DNA of 64,000 nt from Takakia lepidozioides (lineage: Eukaryota; Plantae; Bryophyta). This document shows positions 48,457 to 63,430 of the stretch, in pieces. The notes below the pieces were generated by a model, which was given only the letters and a program-made list of their open reading frames with translations, had not been told where the DNA came from and ran no database searches. Made by a program: the position numbers and the translations under genes. Location: NCBI GenBank assembly GCA_030704615.1, contig CM060734.1, positions 32,426,001-32,490,000 of the forward strand. Direction: 5' to 3'. Positions within the stretch are counted from its first letter, which is position 1. Every line of letters starts with the position of its first letter.

Positions 48457-51400
48457 ATGGAGAGATCCGGCATGGAGGGAGACGCAGCTGAGTCGATCCC
48501 TACATCCGCAGAGAGGGGCTTACATGGTGGTGCCGCGGAGCAGGGAAGAAAGATTAGTGAGGATGTAGGAAAGCAACAGTCTGCGGTCTCGGGAGAGCGT
48601 GCTCCCCCAACAAGTTTGTTTTTGACTAAAGTACAACCGATGGTGAGGCAGATCGTAGAGACTGTGCGGAATGGATCCGTGGCTGTCAAAAAGTGGCTGC
48701 AGCGGGACAGCGTGGAAGCGTCAGAACCCAGGCGATTTTTGCCTTTCTTTGTCGGGAGCATTGCAGTGGTGGTTATTTGCATACTCATTGCAGGTAACTC
48801 TGCTTCGGCTGTTTTCATCCTGTCTCTGTTTGGTCCTTCATTCCTCGCACAGAAGCACTTTCATCTTCCACCTTCGCAAAAGTGAGAGAGCAGCTACTAG
48901 GACAGTGTATGGAGTTGCCTCGAGAGGGAAAAATGTAAAGAACGTACGGCCGAGGGAGGTCGAAGCCAAGGACCCAGGCCAGAACAGAATCTTGACGATG
49001 AGCCAAAACAAGCATATTAGGAGAAAGAATGAAAGAATTGTATGTATTGGAATATCAGTATTGTACCATCATGCCCCCGCCCAGAACATAGGTTTGGTAG
49101 GTCTCGGAGAACCCAGACCAATACCAAATTGGTGACCTCTTAAATTAAGAGAGTAAAGTTCTGGAATGTGCGTGCTTTGTTCTCCATGAAGCTCTACTTG
49201 CATTTGGCTAGTGGCAGGTTGGGGGAGAAGTGAAAAGTATGCCACAGTTGAGGAGGAACCTACTGCTGATCGCATTCAACTACCAGATGGGAGAATGATT
49301 GCCTACCGTGAACAGGGTGCTAGTCGAGACACTGCAAATCGTTCAATACTTGTGACACATGGCTCTCTATCATCCCGTATTGCAGGTAAGAGATTCTTCT
49401 GAAAGCTATTTGCTTAGTTTTCCTCTGTTGTTGATTTTGAGTATATATGTCTAGGACTGCCATGCTGCTGAATCTACCCTTCACAATCGGATAATGGGTG
49501 AAATGGTGTTCTAAATATACAAGTGTTGTATTTTACCTTGTACATGGAATCCCTGTCTTTCTGATAATGTACATTAGGCCTGGGTTTCAGACGAATCCAC
49601 ATCGTAGCAGAACTCTGAACACCATCACTCGACACACCAATATGGTAGACGGACGAGGCCCCGGTGGGATGCTTAAGGGTTAGTGTTTTATCATGTTTGT
49701 CACAAACTCTGTCTTTGTAACAAAAATTGGAAGTTTGTGTTGGCTGATACCAGGAATTCCTGGCGTTAGTGACAAGTTACTGGAGGAGTATGGGGTTCGG
49801 TTGGTTGCTTATGACCGGCCTGGATTTGGGCAGAGTGATCCACATCCAAGCAGAACTTTGAACACTTCAGCTCAGGACATGGCCTACATAGCGGATGCGC
49901 TAGGCCTGGGTGAGAAGTTTTGGGTACTTGGCTACTCTGCTGGAGGCCCCCATGCATGGGCTGCCCTTCGATATATTCCCAACCGACTAGCTGGTATGGT
50001 TTCTGCCTAGGAGTTGTTTTCCAAGAAATTGCACATTACAATTTGTGACCCATGATCCAAAAGAGGGAATAAAATGACCATTGTTGGGCTCCACCCTCTC
50101 ATACTTCTTTGCGCTTTGCAAATGAATTTTGCTCAATGTTTCTGCAACAGGTGTTTGGTCACAGGTTTGATGCACATCACCATGTGAAAATACTGGCACG
50201 TATGCAAGTAGAAAAAGTAAATGTTGGCACTGATACTTCATAGGGGTTTTTTTCCAAGGTCCCTGCATGGTGGGTAATTTATGCCGAAGTCTTTCATTAT
50301 CTTTCAGTTTGTTAATTAGTTTGCTTTTTACCTCTTCAGATAGATCACTCAGAGCTCTGTTTCACTGACATTCCATGAGAAAATGCGTTGTCTAGCATCA
50401 GGGTAGGATTCAAATACATGATCTTTCAATTCCTGCTGTACTCCTCTGAGGAGTTGGTCAGGGGTGTCTCAATGTATGGTTACACTTTCTCCAGCCTGTC
50501 AGTCACTCATGTAACTGTCCTGCCTGTGTGAGTATGTTAAATGGCAATGGGGCGGATTGAACAGCTGTGTGTGTCTGTTTATGACTAACTGAAGCTATTC
50601 TGTATGTATACTGAGAGAGACCTGCTACTTGGCAGGTGTGGCAATGTTTGCACCAATGGGAAATATATATGATAAAAACATGACAAAAGAGGAATCCAAT
50701 GAGATTTGGGGAAAAATATCATCACGGCGCAAGTTTATGTATGGAATAGCTCATCGTGCTCCTTCTCTTCTGCCATCCTTTATGAAGAGAACCACGTTGA
50801 ACAAAATCGATCGTGTGATGAAGAAGATGCCCTCGACTCTGGGCGCAAAGGTGGATTTGTGGTCCTTCCTGATGCATATTTGTAAATCCTTGTCTTGTGG
50901 ATGTTTGAATGAATTTCCCATGTTGCTGAAGATGTGTAGTCAATTGGATTTTTTTTCCTGGAAAAGGGAGACTGTCTGGTTGGAGAGCAGTACATTAGAT
51001 CTTTTTCTTCAGCAATCTCTAAAGCTGAAGCAGCACAGGGGAAGGGGAATAGAAGCCAAGGGCCAGTGCAGGTATGCTTGATATTTCCTGAAGTGTGATT
51101 TGAACTGGGGAGGTGAATACTAAACTGAGTGATGTGGACACGGGCTTTTCATGATTTTGATGAGTGCATCTTTGCATCAATGATTACAGGATCGTGCTCT
51201 GTTAGAGACGAAGCAGTTTGCAGATCGTTGGAAAAAGGATATGCGGGAGTCAATCAGGCAGGGGATTGCAGCACCACATGCTGAGGAGGTGATCTTGCAG
51301 AGGAACTGGGGCTTCAAATTGAGTGATTTGCGGCCCAAGCCTGCCCAGCCTCAAAGTTTCTTCCGGAGAGTGTTGGGCTTGTTTCGTGGAGGAAAAGTTT

Positions 51401-52389
51401 CACAAGACTTCTCGGGCCCCATCCACATATTTCAGGTATACCTCAGAATATTTCACAATCAAGTACAGAGAGACCCTAATTGGTCCATGAATTTCATTGC
51501 ATGGGGCACTAATCGTAGCAAGCTTCTTTTCTTGCAATAAGTAAAAACTGCTCCGTCTTAAAGCTGGTGTGAATTGGTCCCTTAAGGGTGAGAAGATGTC
51601 CAAGTATTTTTTCATTAAATCCAAGCAACAAAGGATGGCCTCTTCTATTGCTTCTCTCACTAAACCAGATGGTTCTTCCTCCGCCTCCCCAAAAGAAATG
51701 GCTATTATTGCGGAACAGCGCTTTGCCTCGCTGTTCTCCAAAAGGCCCCACTCCATTGAGGCGGACCAAGCCTCTGAATCTATTCTGCAGCATATTCCTG
51801 CGCTCCTCTCTAGTGAAGATAGAGAGGACTTATCTGCCCCGCTCACAGATACTGAGCAGGCTCAGTCCCTGCAGTATACTGTCAAGTGGGGTTTCAAATA
51901 GATGGAGAGTGGATGATTTGCAACAGAAAGATGCGTTGCTCTGGGTTCTGCTGGAGCTGGGACAATCCTAAGCCAGGCCCCTTGGCATTCTGTTATTGAA
52001 CTTTGAAGGAAAATTCATGAAACTGCTGAAAAGTTTGATGGTTGGGGCCCTTTCTCTTGTCTCAGGGGTCTGATGATCATCTGATTCCAGCTGCAATCAA
52101 CGAGTTCCATAAACGAGTCCTTCCACAAATACACCTTCATAGGTTGGATGGCGAGGGCCATTTTTCATGGTTCTGCTACTGTGATGAATGCCACCGGGAG
52201 ATATTCAAAACACTGTTTGGTGAAGTAGAAGCAATAAAGGATACATCCACACCTCTGAAAGACTCAGAAACAATGGAGGATACTGCTACCGCTGTGGATA
52301 GCTCAGATACAAAAACGGATGCAGGTACAACTTTGGAAAGTCCGGAGGGGGTAGAAGACGCAACCACACAGATGGAAGGTTCACCCTAG
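48457..52389 (+). CDS. Membrane-anchored alpha/beta hydrolase; exons 48457-48793, 49218-49385, 49754-49993, 50636-50850, 51190-51435, 52066-52389
   Basis: LPDGRMIAYRE, THGSLSSR, YDRPGFGQSDP, nucleophile GYSAG, QGSDD, EGHFS; N-terminal TM helix; canonical GT-AG junctions in phase. Confidence 0.9.
51540..51900 (+). mobile_element. LINE ORF2 fragment inside hydrolase intron 5
   Basis: WSLKGEKMSKYFF...SLTKPDG...LLSSEDREDLSAPLTDTE resembles the L1/Tx1 region between endonuclease and RT. Confidence 0.6.
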
Positions 52390-53546
52390 CCTGGGGGCAG
52401 GCTGTCTGCTTGTAGGTTAGAAGGAGAAGCGGTATATGCCATGAGTGGGGGTTGGGATTAGATGAAAAGGGTGGGAAAATATGGTAATGTCAAGTAAAAG
52501 GAGATTCACATCCAGTGAATTTGCGGAGCGTTCATGTATATAGAACTGCAACAATTCAGAACATCGGGTATTGTTGAGTGGATTTGCAATATCTGATACT
52601 TGCATGTGAAATATGTAGGTAACAAATGAGTAGTGAGGATCGTGCTGCAGACCTGGTAAAGAATAGTTGCCTGTAGTTCAAGATGTTACACATTCTGTCA
52701 AAGTTCATACACAAGGCAATGTTACAGGTATGCGGGAACATGCTGAAGTGGGTTGGAGAATGTTGGAAGTCTAGTGGGAGTGCTACACAATGTGGAAGTG
52801 TAGAGCTTCACCACAGATTCTGGGGGAAAGACTATGAGCCTGATATGTCTTGAGCATGATGGTTTTGTGACTTGATGGACAATTTGAGCAGTTGACCCTT
52901 CAGTAGGTTCTTTATGTCATACATAAATTTCCAACCAGCGTTCTTTAAGGTATTCATATGGGTTAAGTTTATCACAGAGAGGTGCCAATCCCCACACAGG
53001 CGAACTGATGGAGAATGTTACAATATGGTGGCAAGTGTTGTCATGTCCACCAAAAGATCAAACCATCATTGGCCCCAGAAATTCTGCACATGCAGAGCAA
53101 AAATAGAAGTCTGCTGTTGGTTGCAGAATTTACTTGGCCAAGGTTGCATTACATTTGCTCAAAGCAGGCACCCTAGTACATATTCTAGCATGGAAGTTGT
53201 TGGTCAATGCAAATCTTCCACTTCCTGCCAAGACAATCGGGATGCAATCACTCTCATAAGTTTGACATCTCAGTTGCTGAGAAAACTAGCTCATTGACTG
53301 GGCTATCCATCAGACAAGACTTCGCAACAGATAGGGAAACGAAGCAATATTAACTTTGGATCTCATAATCCTTCGTTTTGCTTGTTTGAGACCGAAAGAT
53401 CCTTGGGTATTAAAGCCTCCAAAAGTTGAAAGTAACCAGTGATTTCCGCTCCACAGGAAGGCGCTACTTGATCATCGGCAGTCTGATATCAAAGAACTAC
53501 ACAGTATCCGGTCATTGGATAACAACCGTGATGTATGTGAAATCAG

Positions 53547-54606
53547 TCATGCTCGACCATACCCATCGCTACGAACATTTCGGAAAGCACAACAGCCAAC
53601 AGAGTATACACCGATGAGGAATACCAACACCACTAAGTTCACGATTGCCACTTTGCGCCAATCTTGCTTCAAATTCTGTAGGACACCAGCTCTGCAAGAA
53701 TCACAATCGAAGCAGAGTTGTGTGGATGTATTGCTCCATGCCTTGCAATCTGGATTGTTGCTCTTGGTGCCTTTGCCTGTCCATTCGGTTGCATTGGCAA
53801 ATAAAAACCCGCATTCTGAAGGTGGCTTGCAACATCCCGACTGCACCCACCGCCCATCAAAAACCACCGATTTCTTCAACATTCTTGCAAAATTATCTCC
53901 CCACATGTAACTCCACAGTATCTAGCCCAAACCCAGCCTTCGCTTGCTCAGTATGCAATTCAATTAGGTGCATGCAAAACACGAGTTGATTGGGTGAATG
54001 TTTGGCTGACAACTCTTATCAGGGAAATTTCTGAGCACTCTTATCTTTTGATAGAGAAACCGTGATTTTAGTGAGAAATGACAATGCAGCAGCTTAGAAG
54101 CAGGTAACCTGGAGAGGAGTGAGAGCAGCAGCACTGAACGCTAGCGCATTAGGGTACTTGTAATCCAGACCGTTGCAAACTTTGGCATCACTGAGGCAAC
54201 TCCTGATCTTGGCCCAGTATGCAGCATTATCCACTCGTCTCTGCAGCCAGTGGGAGTAATCACCCAGCCGATACTCCTTGTAGCCCTTGCCCGACGTGGC
54301 AGATCCAGCTCCCGGGTTGGTGACTACAAACGCGAAGATGGTGAACACGAAGAGCAGAAGGATGAGCAGAAACATGACAAGGAGATAAATCCACAGCAAG
54401 CAAGAGACGCGCCAGCACGCCCCCACAAAGCCAGCCAAGGACACCAACAAAATGAAGACACCAATAACTATCAAAGGCCATTGCAGAAAGCGCACACAGT
54501 CGGTGTTGTGCTTGTGGGCCAGCCAGATTCCTACTCCTATGATTGGAACAGACAGAAGAGTGGTCACGAAGTTCAAGATCCCCGTCAAATTGTCGCTGCA
54601 CCCCAT
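53547..54606 (-). CDS. TET: Tetraspanin; exons 54606-54109 and 53840-53547; 263 aa
   Basis: Four TM helices, GYKEYRLGDYSHWL, plant signature SGCCKPP; the single intron sits at TPLQ|SGCC. Confidence 0.93.
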
Positions 54607-56264
54607 CCGCCTTCCGACCACCCCTCTACTCAACACTGCCCAACAGGAAATTCTTCAAGCTACAGCCCCAAGCTACCAAACCCAGACACAGCTATCTACC
54701 ACAAATGCAAAGCCACACTCTCCTGAGTGCATCATTCACGCCTCTGTGCAATCCGAGCACTCGTCTCTCGCCCTCGCCACCATCTTCCCCAGCACCAGGT
54801 CCGGATCCAGATCCCGCTTTTCATAAATGCGATTGGCTGACGTTCTTTGTAGAATTGGCGCGCAGCATCTTAGCATCTGGAATTCAAACGAGATCCCCGG
54901 ATGGATTTCCCAATTCCAATGGAAAACTGGTCCTAGTTCTTTCTGCCTTCCTTTTTGGGGGGGAGGGGGGGGGGGGGGGGGGGGTTTGGAGATACCCAAA
55001 AAAAAATTGACTCTCTTCCGTGGCAGAGGTCTGCAGTTTTGCTACAAAGGAGGCCACCTCTGATCAGCCAGTGTTGCCCATAAAGACAGTAGATGTTTGG
55101 TTAATAACTGCATGTAAGGCACTTCTGTAAATGATACTGAGTACTCTTGAAGATAGTTGTATGATTTGCTTTCAATTCACCATGTACACCTGCTGTGCTT
55201 CTATGGGTGATATGAAAATATGGCCAGAGAAGGGAAGAAGTTCTAACTAGTGCTGTTGATCGTCTGGGACTCTATATTTTTGTTTCGTTTACATGTGCAA
55301 CTCAAGTTTTGAGACCTCAGCTATGGCAATATCAAACGGAGTGGTAGCAACTGGTCAGTACTATATTCCGGTAGGACATGCATGAATGCGTGATGTATTT
55401 GCATAGAGTCTCCTGGGAATAAATCAGATGCAGTATTCCCATTTTTGCTTCCTACTTCAACATTTCCTCTGAATGAAATAAGGGTTCAGGATGGTTACCT
55501 CACCATGATCCACAAAGCTACCATGTCAGCCATAGCTTGGACATGGACAGAGATGAACAAGCATACCTATGTGTCCAGACACCCCCATTCACTGTACTCA
55601 AGCCACTGAATAGCCAAAAACCATGAACCCTGTGGCTGCAATAAAAACACCTTGTATCTGTAGGAAGATGTATTTGACACTCCTGCAAAAGCTCCCTCCA
55701 CACCATAGGCTGCGGGCTAGTAAAGTAGGTTGGAAAGAGCTGTCAGTCTCTTGGTCATATTTCATGAATCTTAGTCCATTGCCATTCTAGTATGGGGATC
55801 CTTGTGCCTTGATTAAGTGAGATTTTATCTTCAGCAGTATGTCAATTCAGAGCACTAGCCGCATGTAGGATGCAGAATTTGAAGAAAACAGGTGAGATGG
55901 ATTTAATAAGGGGAAATGTCTATAGTTATGTGCGAAGTACCAGTACAGGCGAAACTAGCTTCACACTAGGGGCTCTTCCATTAAATTGTCTGGCATCTGA
56001 CACGTCCAGTGCCAGGGGCGCAGTAGTAATGTACAGTCAACTTGCATGTAAGATTAAAACTGGGTGGAATCTAGCCTACACAGATAATGGTTGTGCGAGG
56101 CGCAGGATTAAGGGCTGATCATCAAAATAGGGATGACCTGCACAATTCTCTCCACTTTCATTGCAAATCCTACTGGGTGTGTTCAACCCTTCAACCTACC
56201 ACCACAAAGATTCTTGCTTCTGTGGTAAGTGTTCAGTTAGAAGTAAAGTTTCCCTCTAACACAA

Positions 56265-57182
56265 CTACCTAAGAGTGACATAGCGATTGGTGCCATGCTT
56301 GGCCCAATGCTCTTTCAAGTCAATGGGGCTCAAACCTTCTGACCCCAGCTTTTCTAAAAGCTTCTCAAATGCTCCTGCACTCATCTTCCGCCCAGCCAAT
56401 CGTGACCCCCTTTTCTTTGGATTCATTGGTAATGGGTACCTGGAGACTAAAGTCGTGCAGCATGCGGACTGCCAGCCACCAGTTCCCCACCTGTAGCACT
56501 GCTGGTTTTGACCTGTGCAGGAGCAGTAGGGTGTGGGAGTGGCCACTGCGGCCGCATCATTGAGCCGGCCATGGACAAATTCCACTTCTGGTATTTGCCC
56601 TTCCTCAAATTCATCATGTTTGTCATGAGTTACCACAATCTGTTGTTGCTCTTGCTGCTTCATATTCAAAAAATGTGACTTTTTGGGAAGTGGCCTTGCG
56701 GGCTTGGTTCCAAAGATGGGATGGATTGGTCCTGCCGTCTTCCTTCTAGTCCATATTCCTGTCTGTGCGTCGCACCCATTAGGCTCTGCCTCCAAACCCA
56801 TAATGCCTGAGTGAGGCGCATGAGCTTGAAGCTCTTCAGCAAATGAACAGTTCTCTCTCATATCCACCCCTTGCAGAAACTTTGGGCCGCTGACGGTCCC
56901 AACTGAGTGTGGTCGTTTCCGACCCAGGAGATTGGCTTCACGGACTTGACGTCTCACAAGTGCAGCCAAAGCAGCATCACGCTCCGCAATTGCTGCATCA
57001 CGCTCTGCAAACGCAATATCCCGTTGAGCAATTGCTGCATTTCGCTCTGCATATGCTGCCTTCTTCTCTGCCAACGCCGTGTTCCTGTCCGACAGTGCTA
57101 TGTCGCGCTCGGCAATCACGGACATAAGTCGAGCAGTAACATGGTTGCGCAACAAGCTTGAAGTCCTTCCTTCCACTTCCAT
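56265..57182 (-). CDS. BPC: BBR/BPC GAGA-binding transcription factor (class II-like, alanine-zipper coiled coil)
   Basis: [13 protein letters not shown] repeats; C-terminal [42 protein letters not shown] domain. First ATG at 57182. Confidence 0.92.
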   Translation of the reverse strand: MEVEGRTSSLLRNHVTARLMSVIAERDIALSDRNTALAEKKAAYAERNAAIAQRDIAFAERDAAIAERDAALAALVRRQVREANLLGRKRPHSVGTVSGPKFLQGVDMRENCSFAEELQAHAPHSGIMGLEAEPNGCDAQTGIWTRRKTAGPIHPIFGTKPARPLPKKSHFLNMKQQEQQQIVVTHDKHDEFEEGQIPEVEFVHGRLNDAAAVATPTPYCSCTGQNQQCYRWGTGGWQSACCTTLVSRYPLPMNPKKRGSRLAGRKMSAGAFEKLLEKLGSEGLSPIDLKEHWAKHGTNRYVTLR

Positions 57183-60100
57183 TATAACTGCCACACCCAC
57201 AGATCCAGTCTCGAATAACAACAGGAAGGTAGGAACTGCCCTGGTATGGGAAGTAAGGGGAGAGATGCAGCATGTCGGTAGAATGTGAAAAAACCATCCC
57301 AGTGGGTTCCTGACTTAAATAATCAATCACCAGAAGCCCAATCTGAGAGGTGCGGAGGAAAGATTGATTACACCCTTACGCAACCAGGAGCGGCCTCCTG
57401 TGAACCACATATGACGGGCCTTGTTTATCTTCTTTCTCAATCATCAGCCATATCAAATGTTCGTACTTCATACATAGGTTGCATCTCTCCCCATATTGAA
57501 GTGTTCATAGAAGATTCAAGCACAAGGTTCCTCCTTCAATTAGAGCCTAAACGCGTGCAAATACTAGACTCTGCCCGCTTCGATCCGCCATTTATGTCAG
57601 CTCAACATGCATGCCGAAACACGTACGCACCAAACAGACAGTCAATTGAAAGGACGGGGCGTAAGCTTACCAATAGAGGCACAAAGCTGAAGGCTTCAAC
57701 TGTACCCCTCGGATCCCTTGACAGCGGCCCCGCTACACTCTGTACCCAACTACCCCATACCAACGAGTTGATGTGAACTTACCCAGCATCGGACTCCATA
57801 GATGAGAAATGGGCAAGATACAGAGGGCTGTGAAAAGTTGCAAAAAATGCACTGAAGCGAAAGAGCAAGGACGGTTATAGGTAGCAAGGGACGTCCCAGT
57901 GATCACCCAGGATTTAGAAAAAAGCAACTGGAGAGGCATAGATCAGAGTGTGAAGGGTGGACCAGGAATGCAAACTAGTAAGAAAGAGACGAAAGTAGAG
58001 AGAGGAGGAGTAAGTAATCGGTACCCGCAAAGTAGAGAGAGGAGAGACGTCATGAGCAGCTCCAAGCGAGAACATCAGCAGCCCACAACCCTCGCATGCA
58101 GGCTGCCACACACGCCACCATCTGCCCTGCCACGCCGTCCCGCCGCGTGCCAGGTTCCCTCTTGCGTATCTGACTGCTCCCTTCACATCGCCGCCCTTTG
58201 CGTGCCTGCCAAGCCCTTTCTTTATGGTGGGCTCTCGACACTCTCCAGTGTTTCACTACACCGAGGGGATTAGTAGAACATACTTTGATACATGCAATTT
58301 GTGTAACAGGCATAAGTGAGAACTTATTTTGCTGAGTAACGACACTTAGTGCTAGACTTGAGGTATCATTGGGTTTGGTTCATCAAGCATCAGCTGCATC
58401 CTCCCAACTGTCTCTCTTGTGTTTGATGCAGCCGTGGTGAAGGACTGTGAGTACAATGGATTGTCTTCGAGGATAAACGAGAGACAGAAATGAAATGGTA
58501 CTTTGTAAAGTCCGCGGAAAGCTCGACGGGCTCATGGGATACGAGAGACAGGAAAGAGAGAGGGTCCCCCCTCCCCAAAAACAACTGTTACTCGAAGAAA
58601 GAAACGCAAAGGAACTCATGAACATGAAACCCAACAGCACCATGGAAATTGGTGGTGTACCACTTCCAGTTTCAATCCGTGGCATAGTACAGCGTTCAGG
58701 ATAGTAGTTGGTTGTACGAAGCGAAGGAGAAGGGAACGGGGAGGGGAGGGGACTGAAGGTGGAGGGAGTGAGGATGATTAACCAGGGTCTGGTGATTCCT
58801 GTGGAGGGTCGAAGATGGGCATTCTACGCAAGTTGTACCCCAGGTCATGGGGGCGAAGGCAGGCGGAGCCGGCAGCTTTGGCCAGCTCTATCAGCGCTTA
58901 TGGATGTCCAAACATTTCATTAGTGGTTCTGAGCTGCCGGAGCGGTTTCTCTCTAATCAGATGATCCACTTTGATCTTTTTGTAATCATCCATGCCCACG
59001 GTTGCGTTGGAGTACTAGTCTCACTAGCTATCGCAATTTATGATCCATCAATAGCGGCGAAAGCATTCAAGATTAGTTCAAGTTAAGGGCAGTCTGGCAA
59101 AGATATGCAGAGATATCCCCAGCTCAGGGCAGCTCAGGGCAGCGTGGTCAGCTTCAACTAGAGCACGTTGTCCATTTGGTCATGGCAGCAGCAAATCTGG
59201 ATGATAGTAAATTATGCATACACCAAAGTTTTATGAGGGGACTGGTTGTGATCTGGCCATAAGAGTTAATGTGTGGAAGGCACAAGCGCACTTACCACAA
59301 GTGTAATGGTATATCTGTACAAGGTTAAGGTAGGTGTGTAGTTCTTTGCAGTTTACAGTCGGCTTACTGCCGTGCTGCCAACAAATTTTTTGAAGTCTGC
59401 AAGCTCAGCCTGGAAGCACAAGTGGATTCATTGGGTGCCATTGGAGATAGCTGACTATATCTCTTTTGTCGATTTTGTTTGTGACACAGCCTGAGTCCAA
59501 CATTGGTGAGGCAGAGGGTGTGCCCCACGCTCGGGCTCGACTTATGTTTCCGATTCTACGCAGTGTTCCCGTTTTGGTTACCTCTCAAATGTGAGATTAG
59601 ACTTTACTAGGCTCTCACATTATGTGTTCCTGGCTTGGTAAGCAATTTCTCAAGTCTAGATAGGATCAGATAGGATCAAGTACTACTGGAAGTAGCACTC
59701 AGGATGCTTAGTATAGAGCTTTGGTGGCTGTATAAAGAAGAGGTGACTAATTGAATGCAGAGGTAGTTCATACAATAAAGATGAATGGTCTCTTGAAAGA
59801 TTTCTGATTGGCATCTCATTTTGAAGTGCAGTTGGACTGCATTCTTCAGAGATTCTTGTTTGGGTCAATAGTATCAGTACTCTATGAGGGGGAGGTTTTT
59901 CATTTGAAAAAACCTGAAGCACCAAAAACAATGAGCAATGAGGAAAATGCACTTTATCAAATTGAGCTAATTTGCTACAATATAGTTCACACAAGTAGAC
60001 ATCGAGTTGGATATTAGTATAAGTCTCTCTATTTATTCGTGAAGTTGGGGTTCTGGGTCTGACTGGTGGTGGGGATCACATGGGCTTCCTCTGCCAATAA

Positions 60101-61139
60101 TAGCATTGTTTTGGAACTTACTCAGAACACACGCACATTGGCAAGCTTTACATGGGAGGGGCGCAGCATTGGTATCTGTTAGCTGAAGGACATATAACCC
60201 TGAAATTGCTTCTGGACATGTCTCACTTGCATAAATTTGCTTATACGTCCAACAGCTTGTTCCTGTGTAGGCAGTTTTGCTTATAGACTGCCTAGTGTAG
60301 ACAACTTGAACAAACACCTTGGTCACTTAGAGCTGGTTTCACGCCTTAAGCTACATATCAAGTTACAAGCGAAGGGATCTGAGTTTAATAACCAGCGCTA
60401 GTTTCTGCAATGTGGTCTACCTCATTTATGACAGGGGCTTTCAAGTTCATGGGCTTGAGAGTGAGCCTCTAACTTTCATGCAATGAATGTTGTCTGGCCA
60501 CTGGGTGGCTCCACTGACTGCAAAGCCATCACTGATTGTGGTACATCTCCCCATCGACATTGGAAGCTTGAACACCTTTTTGTTGACATAATCAGTTATG
60601 AGGGCTTCAATTTGTTCGTGCTGTGCAGGGCAGCACAAGGCTCCAAATGCTGTTAACTGAAGGGAGACCCACACAATATGGAAATGTATGCTCCAAACGG
60701 TCTGCACATGATGATCACCATGTTGGTCGAACTTACCACATTTTTTAGAGATGCCAGACAGGCAACCAACTGTGCCCTCAGGGTGATTTCACCTCTCACG
60801 GATATGTTTATCTGTTGTGGTGAAGGCTGCTGCCATGATGAGTAAATTCTTGTGAAACTTCTGGATGGTTGTTTGAGCTCTTAACCAGGCACATGGCCAC
60901 CACACATCTTTTGTCTGGGAATCTTCAGCAACTACAAGACACTTTCAGGCATTGAATGCATTTCCACAATTGGCATAGCAGAGGGAAGTTTTCCCAGGGT
61001 GCTTACTTTTTGCTATTCTTACTATATCAGAGGTTAGGCTCTCTTATGCCCTGGGAACGACTAGTGAAGGTAAAGTTAGTTTAGTATGAGGGATTTGGCT
61101 GTGTGCTTGTAACTCAGCACGAGCCGTGACTTCACTCTT

Positions 61140-61430
61140 GATATGAGATATGGGGATTCATGGGTAGAATGCATCTCCGCAGGTTCTTATGGCAGATGGG
61201 AAAACCTGCATCGGGAGGAACACCTCTGTCCAGCTTGCATAGGGCGCAGCCGGGAAATTGAAACTGAAGAACCCTTTCTCTACTGCCCTCTATACTACGA
61301 GATCTGTGGGAGATTCCACTGTTTATTCAGTGGAACCCAATCTCTCACTGAGGTCTTCCACTATGAGGACCTGAGAAAAACTGGAGGTACTTTTGGAATC
61401 TGCACAGGCGGCCTTTGGGGCCATTGCTGA
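61140..61430 (+). mobile_element. LINE 3' zinc-finger fragment
   Basis: GRWENLHREEHLCPAC...ETEEPFLYCPLY..F..LF resembles the C-terminal CCHC region of non-LTR ORF2. Confidence 0.6.
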
Positions 61431-62890
61431 TTTGAGAATTGCTGCTATTTGACCTGGATTCTGCAGAAGCTCTGAAATGGAGAGATCCCCAACAACTCAC
61501 ATGTCATCGTTCTACAACCTTCAGAAATTTAGCAATTAACATTGCTTAAGATAATTTGAAGTAGCAACACTTTCTATGGAATTTAACATTATTAGAATTA
61601 TGAAAAGACAATCAACTTGCGCACTATCTTGTAGTCAACAAGAGAATCCAATAGATAGGAGCCTACTGCCTCATGGGTTCCCAACAAATGAATGTGTTGG
61701 ATGTGACCATTATAGCCAAGGGGACTTTGGGTCATCTGGTCATCTACATTGCGAGTATCTCAGGACTTTGGAGTCTCTCGGGAGGTTCACAGAACCACGT
61801 TGCCCTGGTTACGGCCGTTATAAGGTGTCCACCTTCTAAATGGAAGGCAGAAACCCTTCGGCATGGAGTAACACTACAATATACCTTTCTTTCAACAAGG
61901 TGTCAAAAGAGCATAGAGTTTTGATGTTCAAAGGCTTGTCTGATTTTATGACTGACAGACAATTGACACGTGTCCTTGTAGAAAAAATGTTGCACAATGT
62001 TGCTTTTGTCACAGAAAATGACCAGTGGTGAAACCATGCCAGAATCACTACCATCAGACAGTTGAGATAGAACCCATTCCCAACAAAGAAATTGCAGACC
62101 TCAAGTTGTTGTGATTGTCACAATTTCATTCCCATTGCAATGTAAAACATGTAAATGCTAATAAAGCTTTTGTACAGAAGTGGTGGCCTTGACTGCCCCT
62201 TTTAGGCCGGTCTCCAATCTTCAAAAGGAAGTGCAAAACTAACTTACACTTCCACCTGCCCATCTTCCCTCTCAATCACAGGCCACAGCAGTGAGAGGCA
62301 AATTATGGAAGTGCTGACATTGCTAGAAACCACAAGAAGCTTGCATGGAGGAGCTCACCCTTATCTGGAAAGCCACCAGCCACCCAAGTGTACAGCATTC
62401 AATAAGCTCTTTGAAGATGCCAGCTTTCCTTACGAAGGTGCAACAATGCAGCCGTGCCCCTTCAGCATTCTGGCCTGGTGTCCATGTGTAGGACTTTATC
62501 AACTCCCTAGTTCTCAGCCCTTGCTCTATAATTGAGGGAATTAATCCCAGGAGTCCCTAATAGACTCCTGCAGAAAATGAAGCCCCATCTACTAGGCTTT
62601 TTGAACGAAGAGAGAAGCAATAGACCCTTAACAGTGGCTAACATTAAGCTGCTTGTGAGGATGGTCAGTTAGTGACATGGACTCCAACAATCCCCTGATG
62701 CTTGCACTCTAGTCCACAGAGCAATGACTTGATACCTCACTTGCATCACAGCAGGAGCCGGCAAACATTTTACCCGAGGAACATTAACACTCATTTAATT
62801 CCAATTCTGAAACTACAATGTCACATACCAGCTGATATAATCGGGGCTGAAAAAGGCCATACAGGAGGAGGTGCACAGTGGGCAAAGACT

Positions 62891-63430
62891 TCATCCATCT
62901 TCCTTTGCTGCTTCCTCCTTCCGTATTCTTTCCTCCTCCTCCTTATTATAGATGGAGTTCAACTGGCGTTCGAGCTGAAACCAACATATGATCACCAACC
63001 TGCAAGTCAGCAGCTTATCTTTGCTTTGTATTGGAGCAACGCATTCTGGAACAAAGGCTACCACACAAAAGACGATGCCCATCGACATAATAATCCCACT
63101 AAAGTGAGCACCTCCAAGATGTAAGCACAGCTTTTACTCAAATATATTTCTGTGACTAGAAATGAGATAGGCCATTAGTTGCCATCAAATAAAGCGCAGA
63201 TGGTGCCCATAAGGGATTCACCACACCAGCTTGTTCAGGAGGCATTTCACAAGAAAACTAAAACCTGACAGGATTTTCAGAAGAATCCGCACAACAGATG
63301 TAGACTAGAACTGTTATGTACACAAGAAAACAAACTGACTTCTGCTGCAGACAACTTTATAATGAAATATGAACACACCCCAACATTTCTCAATTTGACA
63401 GTTTGTAGCTCGTCCACAAGATTTGCAATC
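62891..63430 (-). CDS. Last two coding exons (63430-63379, 62974-62891) of a gene starting right of the window; coiled-coil tail, possibly a STE20/MAP4K-type kinase
   Basis: AG/GT-bounded exons splice to IANLVDELQTVKLRNVG|LERQLNSIYNKEEEERIRKEEAAKEDG*. The family call is from recollection only. Confidence 0.5.

Noticed and set aside
54250-55063. Several 100-160 aa plus-strand ORFs
   Set aside because: Antisense shadows of the tetraspanin gene and its UTR with no motifs.
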